Position numbers and translations under genes: made by a program. A DNA stretch of 64,000 nucleotides from Vicugna vicugna. Taxonomy: Eukaryota. Positions 49,764 to 62,345 of this stretch are shown piece by piece (within the stretch, counting starts at the first letter, position 1; each line of letters opens with the position of its first letter). The stretch is from positions 418,054 to 482,053 of the forward strand of contig MU057632.1 of NCBI GenBank assembly GCA_013265495.1, given 5' to 3'. Below the pieces are notes generated by a model, which had not been told where the DNA came from, did no database searches, and saw only the letters and a list, made by a program, of their open reading frames with translations.

Positions 49764-50045
49764 AAAGGGACTGGACTCTGAAACCACACAGAACTGGGTT
49801 TGCTTCTCTACTTTGTCAGTTCCTCCCTGTGTGAGCTACTTGTGCATTCAAATTTTTCAATAATAATAATCATGTTTCTCTCATATGGCTGTTCTGGTGA
49901 TCAAAACAGCCGATGTGAGTATCTTAACATGTACTGAGTGCCCACTCACTACTGTCCTAAGTGCGTTATGTAAATGATCTTATTTAATTCTCAAACAAGA
50001 CTTTGAGATGGGTCCAGTTATTATCTCCACTTTGTAGGTGAAAAG
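49764..50045. mobile_element. Two adjacent MIR remnants in opposite orientation
   Basis: ctggactctgaaacca...gaactgggttt (+) and ttatttaattctca...ttattatctccactttgtaggtgaaaa (-). Confidence 0.55.
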
Positions 50046-50129
50046 AGAGAATAAGGAATAATTAATTCTGCATGAAAAGTAAGGCATGAGGCATGGAAAG
50101 AATGAGGCCTGAAATGTAGACTAAAAAAT

Positions 50130-50411
50130 GAGATAAATTAGGAGTTTGGGATTAACAGATTCACATTACTATACATAAAGTAGATAAACAACAAGGACCT
50201 ACTGTAGAGCACAGGGAACTATATTCAGTACCTTGTAATGAGCCATAATGGAAAAGAAACTGACAAAATATATACATATGGATATGTACAGCTGAATTGC
50301 TATATGTATAACTGAATTGCTTTGCTGCACACCTGAAACTAGCACTGTAAACTGGCTACACTTAAATTTTAAAAAAGGAAAAAAAAAAGATAAAGAAAAA
50401 GAAAGAAAAAA
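50130..50411 (+). mobile_element. L1 3' UTR fragment
   Basis: gataaattaggagtttgggattaacagat...cacctgaaactagcac plus a long A-rich tail. Confidence 0.88.
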
Positions 50412-52269
50412 ATGTCCACCATTTTGCTCACAGTTTAATCCAACAGTGTAAGTAATCAGAGCCACTCTAATATAAGAGGACTCAAGCTTCATCTGTATTA
50501 AGTTGTCAAATTAACCAAAGTTCAAATTAGTCATATCATCTCAACATAAACTAAACTAAGTAGCTAAGAAGGAAAATGATGCGGTTAAATGATACTTACA
50601 TAAAATCAAACTTCAACTCATCCAGTGATAAATTCTCAAGACTGAGAGGCATTTTTTGTGCTTCATTGGTAATATTTATTCAGCTCACTGTGAAGTCAGG
50701 GGCTTGGCAAGCTTCTAATGAACTCGATGCATTAGAAGAGCAGCCACATAGGAGAATTTCATTCCCGCAGTAAAAAAAAAAAAAATTGTGACCTAGATTG
50801 TTAATTTTGGAGGTCAATAAAAGGGCTAAGCAAGGTCTTCCTCAGCTGACATGAATAAAGGAATCTCTTCAACACTTTTTTGGGGCATTGGAGCAATTTG
50901 CAAATCTCTATGTGGCAATCTGTCCAAATTTTACCACCAATCTCCTCTTCGTACATCATTAGTTTGACTCTGACGCAGTCATTCCACACCACAAAAAGGA
51001 CCAGAGCAAAACTTTCTTGCTTCCTAATTTCCTCTAAGTTTTCCAATGCTGAAATTCATCATGGATTACAGTTTGTTTTGCTGCCTTCACCTGCTTTCTT
51101 TGCATATAGTTGAGAGGGAAAAAAAGTGTTCTTCCAGGAATAAACCTAGAATTTGTATTCCAAATTTCAGCAGGAGAAGCTGTTGAAGTAAACACAGCTG
51201 TGACCCATCAGGAGTTCTACTTGGTTCTCGCACTATTCCACATGGCCCTTCCTGCCTCCCACTGCATCCCGCTGGCTCCCTCCTCGTTTCAGAGGATGCC
51301 CAGAAGCACATACCTGGCAAGACCAAGAAAGCAGTGAACAGTCCGAGTGACAGGTAAAAACAACCATCTTAGTAGAGCAGCAGAACCAATACTGTTTGAA
51401 ACACTGTTTCATAAGGAAAAGGTCACTCAGTGGTCTCTGAGAGGAATTTAACCACAAAACAAAACCCTGCTTGACTTTAACAATCACCTGATTTACAATA
51501 TTTTGCTTTTACAGAATGAGTTAAAAGAATATTCATCAGCTCAACAGCGATGAACATGACAAGACAGGGAAATGAAGAATGATACCATGATTGACTGCAT
51601 CGCTGAGGCTGTGGAAGGGCAAGTTGTAGTAACCCAGTCATCTTCATGACGGTGGAGTTATCACTAGTTACTTATACGTGGCACTGAAGTGTCAATCACT
51701 GTTTAGTGCAAACATTACTACCTTCCAAACCATGGATGTATCCTTCCTCCTATGTAACAGATGTATTCCTGAAGCACTGAAAATAAGTTTGGTATAGTGA
51801 ATCATTTAAGATACCACAAGCGTCCCTATGCGAAGGTGTTTACAATTGTAAATCCTCCCATCCTTCTATTTTAAGCCCATGTTTTAATAGGCCAGATTTT
51901 CCTAAAGCAGAGAACCCCTAGATGACACTATTTTAATGAATTTCTTTAACTGTGATCCACTAATAGTATGAAGTATAAAGTATACAGTAACTAATACAGG
52001 GATAATCTAAAGAATTGCCACCCCGCATTGGATAAAGCACTGGAATGAAACTGCAAAGCAGACCTTGCCTGTTTATGAACTTGCATCTCTTTAGGAGGCA
52101 TCTTCTTTTTCTCCTCTAGTTATCTCATGCAAGCCCTAGCCACTGATTGAAAACAGGAACATTATATTAAGCAGTATGGTAAGTGAGGTATAAGAGAATA
52201 TACCTTCCTTTATAAAGTGTCTTAATATTTAAATGTTTTTCACACCTAGATTTTCTCAAGAATTTTTTG

Positions 52270-53000
52270 TACACTTCAGTATTTCATAGTTTGACATTTT
52301 TCTAAGATTACCATAATTTGTTTTTATTAAAATGCTACTTTAGCTGCTGTAGTGTTTGTCCATTTTACTAATTAGGAACACTTAGATAACTTCCACATTT
52401 TCATTATTAATATCACTGCTAAGAAAAACCTTATATACACCTTTTTGCACATATGTGAGGGCTTCTCAAGGTTACATATAAAAATAGAACTTCTGGGTCA
52501 TAGGATAGTACATTCTGTCAAATTTACTCAGTATGTCCAAATTGTGCCACTGAGTAGCTGTACAGACTGACTTACCAGCAATATAAGAACCCACATTTTC
52601 TTCAAGTTGAAATGAACTATAACTACATTGTATAGTGTAGATAAATCTCTCAAAATATGTTTGAACGAAACAATGTATGTACAAGTGTATCTGTATATAT
52701 GTGACACACATACATATATAAAATACATATTACAATTACACATACATATATACTTTATGGGAAAATTCACATATAGTAACAGTACAAACTTTTCCATAGG
52801 ACTGACAGATACCAACTTACAGATATTCAGAGATAGCAAGAGTGGACTAGGGTAGGAAGTTAGGGCTTCACTTGTTTGTAATAAACTCTGAAGGAAATGA
52901 GGCAAAATGGTAATACCATTTTATTCAAGAGGGAGGTACAAGAATATGCTTTTCTGGACTTCTCTGTGAACTTAAATTCATAATGAAAAATTAGAAATGA
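52270..53000. mobile_element. Highly decayed L1M fragments in both orientations
   Basis: gaacacttagataacttccacatt, tagaacttctgggtcatagg (-); gataaatctctcaaaata...tctctgtgaacttaaa (+). Confidence 0.5.
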
Positions 53001-53164
53001 AAACATGATTGAGCTTAGGCAGCAATAAGTGTTTTTTTGAAATGGCACTGAGTCATAAAATGCAGACACATGGTGCTTTGTTTTCCAGTAATGCTTATTT
53101 CTGGGCATAAATATCGCAGCAAGGCTCATCCTGTCACAGGGGATGGTGTGGTTCCAATGTAATG

Positions 53165-53370
53165 ACAGCAACACATGTCTGGCTTCACGTCGCTTATCCA
53201 GGAGTTTTCTCCTGGGTCCTCAGGGCCATCCTGCGAGGTTATCATGGTGGCATCATTGCCTTCATTTTACAGGTGAGCATATGCCCGCAAGTCAGTTATA
53301 GAGTGAATATGAGCCCAAGTTACAACCAGAGCCCAGGACTCCATCCTCCTGGACTGGTGTGTCTTCTCCT
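53165..53370 (-). mobile_element. MIR SINE
   Basis: catcattgccttcattttacaggtgag core. Confidence 0.6.
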
Positions 53371-55622
53371 AACTCTGCCAAATGAAACCTTCACCTCCCC
53401 ACCCACAAGAAGAAAAAAGATGGACACAAAGAACAGATGCATCTGATACCACGTCCAGCATTCAGGCTGAAAGACCAGAGCCCCTCAGTCATCCCAGCTG
53501 GTCCACTTGTGGACCAAGCCCCCTCCCAGCCAAGTCCTCTGACGGGCACAGTGCGGGTTCCCACCTCAGGGACACAGAAGTTGCATACCTCCTGTGTACT
53601 CTTTCTCATGGTAATGATGTCTCATGAAATATCAATGAGGACAATGACCAGGAAAAAAGCCTGTATTTTACACAGCCAAAAACGTCCAATTTCTCACTTC
53701 ACCCCCAGAGACCCAGCTGCTTAAAACAGGGGGCTGGAAGGGGACTGTCCTCATTTTTGCTGAACAGAAGACAACACAAGTAAGGGCCCAAGAGAAGAAA
53801 TTAAATCTGAACATTGAAGCTAATCAGTGCACTCCAAAATCCAGTGAAAAGAGTAAGAAGAGAAACACAGAGTTCCGACACCTTCGGAAACAGAAACATC
53901 AGAACCTTTATAGTTCCCTCTCTGCTACAGAAGTTATACTTTCAAAATGGGGAACCTATGGTAAAACTACCTAGGGTTTGGGAAAAGGTTGAAAGAAAAG
54001 TCTTGGAAACAGCTAATACAAATGTTTTTCTCCAAATCAAATCAGTGGGATGCTAGTTTTAATGTCCCTGCTTATTAGCTTATAATTTGGATTCGCTATC
54101 AGCAATTAAAAGATTCAGCTCTCTAAATATCAGGTGGAGCCCTGGTCCAGGGTAGTAGTACAGTTTAAACACCAGGGTTGTCAGCCCTGTAATGCGATGA
54201 CTAGGGCTTCCTTTACTGCCACAAGGTTTGTTCCATTTTCTTGGAATTCTTCCTTTTTTTCTCCAAAGAAAAACTTTTACTCCATTGGGTCCCTCTCTTG
54301 CCCCCTGGAAAATCCTTCTCTCCAATATTAACAGCGTTGATTTCTAACCAACAAGACCTTAGGAAGTGAACCCAAATGGCAAAAGGTTAAGATGACCCTG
54401 GACTTGCCACGACCGCTGGTACTTTTGCAATTTTCAAGCTTCTCGACTCCTCTCGAGCATATGGTACCCGTACCAGCTCCTCTGTCTTAAACTCTCTCCT
54501 CAGTTAGCTTCCATGCAGTCTCCTGCTCTCTTTTTCCACCTTTCTCTCCAATCACAGACACATCTACAGATCCGTTTCCTCCTGCTTGACTTCTTATTTT
54601 ACCTGCTTTCCCTCGGTCCTCCCACTCGTGACTTTCTCATCTGTAAGTTAGCAACCCATAAACTTATACTTCCAAGTCAATCTGTTTCTGGAAAACCCAA
54701 ATGCAATACATCCCCCATCTTGCTACAAGCATTATTCTTTTTTTTTTTTAAATGATCACATCTCTTCTCTAGAAAAGTTTGACAGCTCATCTGCCTAGAA
54801 GACAAAGCCCAAATATCCCAGTCTTGCACACAAAGCTTTCTACGGTGTGTCCTTATGTATCTTTCTGGTCTCAGTTCTCACTGCTCCTTATCATAAACCT
54901 TGCATCACACCATAGCAGTGGCTCTCCAGCACCCCTTCACTCCTCTGTGTCTCAGCTGCATTGACCATATATCTAGGAGCAAGAGCATCAAGACATAAAG
55001 TCTGATAAGCAGGTTCTTAATAGGGTAAAGAGACTCATTTTAAGTGAGGACTGTCTTGGGAAACGGAGACTTTTCCTTGTTGTACCTACAGAGGTCTTTC
55101 TCCTCTCCAACAGTAATCTTAGAAAATGTCAATGACATTCGTGCTCACATAGAATGTACTTGCAGAGCCTCGGGTAGAGGAACCCAAGTTTTAGAATCCC
55201 CATGCTGGGAGGAAGACTTTTCCCTTGTGGAGTTAACTTCTTTAACCAACAAATTAGTTTTGGAAGCAGAGAAGAGGGGAAGAGACATGCAGAGAAACAA
55301 ACAGAGCAGTCGGGATAAACCTTGATGATTAAGGCAGTGACCCTGTGGCAGGCAGATGTCTCTCTCACACATCCACGAGCTAAATTGGACTTAATCAGTG
55401 AACACAGGTCTTCTTCTGCATCCACATAATATCTAGTTCGTGCCTTGATTGCAGCTTATGGTATATAAATCTATAATTTCTTGATTTTTATGTCCATTTT
55501 CCCAATCAGCCTGGGACTCCTAGCCCAGAGCAGATGCCAATAATGGAGTAATTGAACTCTCCCTTCAAAAACAGCAATGCCTAGGATACAATGAATAAGT
55601 TTCTTTAAGATTCTGGCGACCA

Positions 55623-55740
55623 GGGGGAGGATATAACTCAGCAGGAGAGCATGTGCTTAGCATGCACACAGTCCTGGGTTCAATCCCTAGTACTTTCATT
55701 AAAAATAAATAAATAAACCTAATTGCCTCCCTCCAAAAAA
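55623..55740 (+). mobile_element. tRNA-Ala-derived SINE (vic-1-like)
   Basis: gggggaggatataactcagcaggagagcatgtgcttagcatgcac...gggttcaatccc...aaataaacctaattgcctccc plus A tail. Confidence 0.9.
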
Positions 55741-56292
55741 CTTTTGAACAGGTGAGGCTATCAAATAGCATGGATGGTATAATCCCATTTACGTGGGAAG
55801 ACTAATAAAAGAAAATCAAGAGAAAAGGGAAAAAAGATTTTGGTAATCATAGCAATGGCTGTATCAAAATAGCACAATCTGTTCAAAGAAATGATGAATT
55901 CTGCTATGAACACATCCAATGGACTATGGAGTCTTTCTCATTAAATCAACATGTTCAAGAAAACAATTTTCCAAATAACATAATGCAATTGTGACGGCAC
56001 AAGCTATTTGTGTTCAAAGATAAGAAGTTAAAAAGCTGACAACTACTTCCCCCATGCAATTCCATCAGAAGCTAATTTGCATTTTTTTCAAAATGCACTG
56101 AGAACTAATGACATACATTTGTGTCACAAAAAAGGTCTTGCCCCAGCGAATGATGCTAATTTTCTAGCTAGGGTGGTGGAAATGCAGAGTGCCCAGGAGT
56201 TCAGGGTATCTGTCCAAAATGCCCAGCGTTTCCCAAAACAATGCTGATAGTAATTCTCTTTCTGATACTCACATCTCTAAAATTCCTGTTTA

Positions 56293-56488
56293 CCAGGCAT
56301 AGAAAACAAACTGTGGTTACCAGGGGGAAAGGTGAAGAGAGGGATAAACTAGGGGTTTGGGATTGACAGATACACATTACTGTTTATAAAAGAGATAAAC
56401 AACAAGGACCTACTGTATAGCACAGGGAACTATATTCAATGTCTTGTAATGAGCTGTAAAGGAAAAGAATCTGAAAAAAAAATGTAAA
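56293..56488 (+). mobile_element. L1 3' UTR insertion truncated at both ends
   Basis: TSD aaaat[t/c]cctgttta at 56279-56292 and 56489-56502. Ends at the internal gaatctgaaaaaaaaa tract. Confidence 0.88.
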
Positions 56489-57149
56489 AAAATCCCTGTT
56501 TATGTTCTTTCCCTGATAGTTCACATTTGTACGACTGCTTTCTCTGCAATTTAGCTCTTTATTTAGCTCACAAAGTAGGCATTATACTAAGGAGGTAGAG
56601 TATTCATCTTTTGGCGTCAGTACCAGTTGCCCCTAGCAACCACCACTTGAAAGGAAACCTTATTTTCATCTGGTGACTCGAAATAGGACTGAAGGGTCAA
56701 CTGCAGAGCAATTGTGAAAGGCAGGTCTCAAACTGGCAAATTGCTTAGCACAAGACCCCTTTCATTTGGATCATTCCAGAGACATTGGGAGTTTTGTTCA
56801 CAAATATTTCCTAAACCACAGGTTTTAGAAATGGGTTTCTAAACAATACTTGCAAAAATAGAATTATACATTCCAACTTGAGATCTCTTTATTATTGGGG
56901 CTATGGAGAGACACCATATAAATGACACAAGCCTAATGCAAACAGAGAGACAGGTGAAAGGAATAAATACTCATTTCAAATACAGTATGTCAAGTACTCT
57001 GAAACTACAGCCCCTTTTGAATTTACTGATCTTTAATTTGAGTTCAAACTTCCAAGAGCCCATGATAAGAAGCAAAGCCAATTTGCTGTCTGTTATTAGT
57101 TCAGGCTAATAAATTCAGTGATAAAACAGCTAAAGGTTTGGGGTATTTT

Positions 57150-57838
57150 AATTTATTTATTTTTATTGAAGTATAGTTGATTTACAACATTGTGTTCATT
57201 TATGGTGTACACCATAGTGATTCAGTTATATACATATATATTCCTTTTTGCATTCTTTTTTGTTATAGAGTATTAAAAGGTATTAGATATAGTTCTCTGT
57301 GTTATACAGTAGGACCTTGTCGTTTATCTATTTTATATATAGCAGTTTGTATCTGCTAATCTCAAACTCCTAATGTATGCCCCTTCTTCCCCTTTGGTAA
57401 CATAAGCTTGCTTTCTATGTTTGTGAGTCTATTTCTGGTTTGTAAATAATTTCGCCTCATTTTTAAAGATTCTACATGTAAGTGATATCATGTAACACTT
57501 GTCTTTCTCTGTCTGATTTATTTCACTTAGTATGATCATCTCCAGGTCCATCCATGTTGCTGCAAATGGCATTATTTCATTCTTTTAATGGCTGAGTAGT
57601 ACTCCATTGTATACACAGACCACATCTACTTTATCCAGTCACCTGTCAGATATTTAGGTTGCTTCCATGTCTTAGCTATTGTAAATAGTGCTGCTATGGA
57701 CGTGGGTGCATTTATCCTTTTGAATTGGAGTTTTCTCCAGATATATGCCCAAGAGTAGGACTGCTGGATCATACAGTAACTCTGTATTTTTAGTTTGTTA
57801 AGGAATTTCCATACTGTTTTCCATAGTAGCCGCACCGA
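57150..57838 (-). mobile_element. L1 (ORF2 C-terminus + 3' UTR)
   Basis: ORF 57626-57859 contains LWKTVWKFLNKLKIQ...SIAALFTIAKTWKQPK. Near-TSD tttggggtatttt/ttttgggcatttt. Confidence 0.92.
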
Positions 57839-59579
57839 TTTTGGGCATTTTTGAATCATCTGATATATAACAACTGTTCATCTACTGTTAAGGAAAAATG
57901 AAGGGTATACGTATTTTCACTCTGAAGCCCACTTACCTATAACTCATGCATAGTACCCGAAATGGTATTCAATATATATTATACATTAGCATCTTCTGAG
58001 TCAAAGGATGAAAAGAACTACAAAATAAAAATACTACTTCGTACATTTCCACTATTGTGGCTTAAGGAATCTAAACTATCTTTGGGCTTTTTTGGCAACA
58101 GGAAGATGCCTAGTCATTGCTTACATCAATGTTTTACATTGTTGAAGTCAATTCAATTCAACTATGTAGGACAAGAAATTTTACTAGCACTCTGTCCACA
58201 GCCTTAAATAGGACACAAGCCTAGTTCATGAAACAAGATTTAGCAGGAATATGAGGCAAGGGGTAGGGTGGGGGACTGAAGCACAGAGAATTGGGAGGAG
58301 GAAAAAAATTCAGGGAAGCTACTAGTAAATAGAACAATGATGGTGAAATTATGTTAATCAGCGTAAGAGTGTAACTGCATACGACTGGCGAAAAGATTCT
58401 ACAGAAACAGCATGTTTTCATGCTTTTGGAAGCTATTCCAGCTACATTTTGAAATTTATGTTACAAATTGAGTCTTGCACTCTTTAATTCTTGAAATATA
58501 AGATAAATCAGTACTGAATCAAATGCCATTGACTTATTACTGGGTTTTGTTTTCTTTTCCATTTTTCCTTCAGCATTGAGGTTGAATCAAAAATGGTTGT
58601 TTTCAGCTAAAAAAAACAAATATAGTTAAACTACTTCAAAACTTGATGCAATGTCATTGAATTATAGTGCATTTCTCGTATGTAAATTTACCTCAACAAT
58701 AGTAACAAAAAACTTAATATAGAGAATGCAGATAAATAGTTTGATTAATACTTTGTAAGCACGAATATATTTAGTTTATGAATTTTTATTTGAACACAAC
58801 CTCTCAGCTACCGTAAGAGCTGCTACCTCTGAAATTTATCTTTCTAAGGAGACTGGAACCTTCTGGTGAGGTAAGGATCTGTCGCAAAGCATTGTCCTCT
58901 CTTACAAGGATGCTGTTCCAGGCCTCCCATCCACTGGGATGCTTTTCTCTCTGAGTTGACATTCACCTTCCCTTATAAGAAACAGTCCAGTTTGTGTGAA
59001 GTCTCATGAGCTTGGGGATGTTGTCTGAGGCTGCAGAACATCTCTTTTTGCTGTTGATTCTGTTTTGTTGTCCCCGTGTGAAGGCCAACTCCACCCACAG
59101 GGGTATTAGACTCACGACTTGGGGTCACTGCCTGCCTGTCCTGGCCATGATCACTCATTCTGTCTGGACTGCTGACGTTAGAGACAACCACACACTTGCA
59201 GAGTGACAGAGGTGGCTGCAGAGTTTGTATTCCCACCAGAGGACTCAAGGGAGCTGTCTCTGGGAAGCTTATGTGAAACCTGAAAACTGACTATAGACAG
59301 ATCCTCAGTAAATTAAGGTCCCAACTATGAGAATGTCGAATGTGCAAAAGATGTTTAATGGCTTAATGTGACATTTTTAATAGTCAAACCTCTTCAACTA
59401 TTTTTATTGCTATAATATTTCTCTTGCTCTAAAGAATTGTTTTTACTTTATGTATGCTATACTTTGATATGAAATATTTCTGGACGTGATTGATATTTAC
59501 TAAGCTTATATTTTTGGCAACTCAGGTACAACGAGAAAATATGCCCAAAGACTGAATTTTTTAAAGACTTTTTCCTGCA

Positions 59580-59895
59580 GATTTTCAACTTTTAATTTTG
59601 AAATAATTTTAGATTTACAGAAAAGTTGCTAACATAGTACAGAAAACTCCTATACACCATTCACCAGCTTCCTCTAATGGTACCTATCACATAACCACAG
59701 TACAATCATTAACACTGAGAAATCAATACTAATACAATACTACTAAGTAAACTACGGAGCAGTCAAGCTCAGTGGTAGAGCACACGCTTAGCATGCACGG
59801 GGTGCTGGACTCAGTCCCCAGTACCTCGATTTAAAAAATAAATCAATAAATGAGCTATATAGAGATTTTATTCTAATTTCACATTTTCCCATATG
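59580..59895 (-). mobile_element. Ancient L1M 3' fragment hosting a SINE
   Basis: ttttgaaataattttagatttacagaaaagttgc...atagtacagaaaactcc...cataaccacagtacaat. Confidence 0.7.
59756..59851 (+). mobile_element. tRNA-Ala-derived SINE
   Basis: agctcagtggtagagcacacgcttagcatgcacgggg...ccccagtacctc plus A-rich tail. Confidence 0.85.
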
Positions 59896-60201
59896 TTAGA
59901 CTCCCTTTTTGGGCAATCATGGAAACTTTACATTATTATACACCGTTGAAACAAGTTAGATGGACCCATATGATAAAATGTAAATATGTTAATAGATAAA
60001 TATGATGCGATTATAGTAAAGTGTATGAAGAATGATATTAAATGCATTCTGGAAAACTTCTGTATTTTATTTTTTACGTATGACCATACCTCACCTATCC
60101 TTAGATAACTTATCCAGATACTTGAATGGTTTTGAATGTTGCTGAAAATTAACAATAATTTTAAAAGACCTGATGACAGAGGAAATTGATTGCACATGTA
60201 C

Positions 60202-60277
60202 TGGAGTTACTGGGGATTGGACCCAGGACCTCATGCATGCTAAGCACACACTCTACCACTGAGCTATACCCTGCCCC
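60202..60277 (-). mobile_element. tRNA-Ala-derived SINE head without tail
   Basis: ggagttactggggattggacccaggacctcatgcatgctaagcacacactctaccactgagctataccc. Confidence 0.85.
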
Positions 60278-61084
60278 AGAATCTTCATCTGTGTTCCCAA
60301 ACCACACATGATCAGTAGAGCCAACAAAAAGAGGCAGATGTAAAGAAATGCTGGAAGTAAACCCTCAGATCCCAGCCTAGACTTCGACAATGGAGAATAC
60401 AGAAAACTCTAAAAAGAATAAACTTCATGAATCTGGTCACCAGGAGGTAACTGAATGGCCCCAGAAGGGTGCTGTGCTGTATAAAAGATGTTCTGGATGG
60501 TATTTCTGAAACCTCTTTTTTAAACTGTCTTTTCTTCTTTTTCATTCTATGTGTTTATCTGGTTTGGGCCTGATGTATAAACAACCAGAATAGAGGAAGG
60601 ATGATGTTGTATGCCAGGAAATGCAGCCCGAAGGAAGATGTTTTTAGAGCATCTTACAGAGAAGGAAAAGAGCAATGCCCAGGGTCTGATAATAATTCCT
60701 GGTATGGGGGGTGGGCAGAGGCAGGTCTGCCCAAAAAGGCATAGGTGAAAGTTTTTTGGAAGCTTTTACTGTCTGTCACAGTGGACAGTTTACCTGGTAA
60801 TACAGTTAATTAAGTAACACCTTGGGAAGAAACCTAAATACTTTGTCAGTACATCCTGTCACTCCATTATGTGGGTGTGCCTGAGAGTGGGCAGCGGGCC
60901 AGGGTCTGCGCTGTCAGGGATCTCCAGGTGTCAAGGAGCATGGGATACGTAGTCTCTGCTGGTGCAAAACAAGAGCTCCTGGACCTGACTGTGGACCAAC
61001 CCTGAATGAGTAAAGTATGATTACCCTCATCCAGAATGGGGTGGGGGATGGGGGAGTTAGGGGAGGACTGCGGTGGGTAGAGTC

Positions 61085-61250
61085 AACCTATGGAAGCTGA
61101 AATCAGAAGACTGTGTGTGCTGACACTGACTGTAACCCCAAGTCTCAGTTTCATTACTGGTAAAATAAAAGTGCTAAAATTCAGCTATCCTAAGGTAAGG
61201 TTTCCTCCGAGGATGGACAATGGTGATTTATGTGGCTGTGTAAAAGAAAA
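61085..61250 (+). mobile_element. MIR SINE
   Basis: gaagctgaaatcagaagac...gtctcagtttcattactggtaaaata. Confidence 0.55.
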
Positions 61251-61730
61251 GCTGGTTGTTAGTAACAATTACAAAACCAAGCTCCAGGAACGTGAATCTG
61301 AACGTTCTGACATAATCATCCACTCATCATAATTAGGTAAGTTACTTGGTAAGCAGTTACACACAAGACTGACCTAGAGACAGTTAAGAGACAGCGAGGA
61401 CAGTGAAAATGAACTAGACAAGAGAAGGGGCGTAGGTGTCTTACTAGAGCTTGCTTCAAGGTTCCTCTGAAGAACAGGGGCCAGGCATGGATGGGATATT
61501 CAGGGACTTCTCTCCCTCTGATCACAGGTATCTGACGATGGGGGTTCTGAGAGCATAAGAAAGTCTGAAGCAAAGGCCTGGCTTTCGGGTTCAGGTGCAC
61601 CCCAAAAGTATGAGGAGAGGTTTTAGCATTTACCATCTGTGTGACTGCAAATTGCTCTTAATTTCCCCACATACAAAGCTGTGATAAAGACATTCCACCA
61701 GAAGTGGTAATGGAATTAAAAGCTAATCAG

Positions 61731-62345
61731 CAGCACTATTTACAATAGCCAATACATGGAAGCAAGCTAAATGCCTATCGACAGATGACTGGAAAAAGAT
61801 GATTTACATATATATATATATATATATATCTGTATATATTTTATATGTGTGTGTGTATACACACACACAGGAATATTAATCAGCCATAAAAAAGAATGAA
61901 ATAATGCCATTTGCAGCAGCATGGATGGACCTAGAGATCATCATACTAAGTTAGAGAAAGATAAGTATCATACAATATAACTTATATGTGAAATCTAGAA
62001 AAAGGACACAAATTAACTTATTTATAAAACAGAAACGGACTCACAAACATGCAAAACAAACTGATGGTTATCTAAGAGGAAGGAGGAGAGGATAAATTAG
62101 GAGTTTAGGATTAACATATATATACTACTATATACAATAGATAAACAGCAAGGGCCTACTGTATAGCACAGGGATCTACATTCAGTTTCTTGTAATAACC
62201 TACAATGGAAAAGAATATGAAAAAGAATACACATACATATATGTAGGTGTTTATAACTGAATCACCATGTTATACACCAGAGACTAACACAACACTGTAA
62301 TCAACTATATTTCAATAAAAAATTAATTAACTTTTTTTTAAAGAA
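61731..62345 (+). mobile_element. L1 3' end with internal (TA)n/(TG)n/(CA)n microsatellite at ~61808-61869
   Basis: cagcactatttacaatagcc...gccatttgcagc...3' UTR...ttcaataaaaa. Confidence 0.92.

Noticed and set aside
60390..60446. ATG-initiated MENTENSKKNKLHESGHQE before a donor-like site, resembling the caspase-3 N-terminus
   Set aside because: Similarity ends after 7 residues and no other caspase exons are visible. Treated as coincidence.
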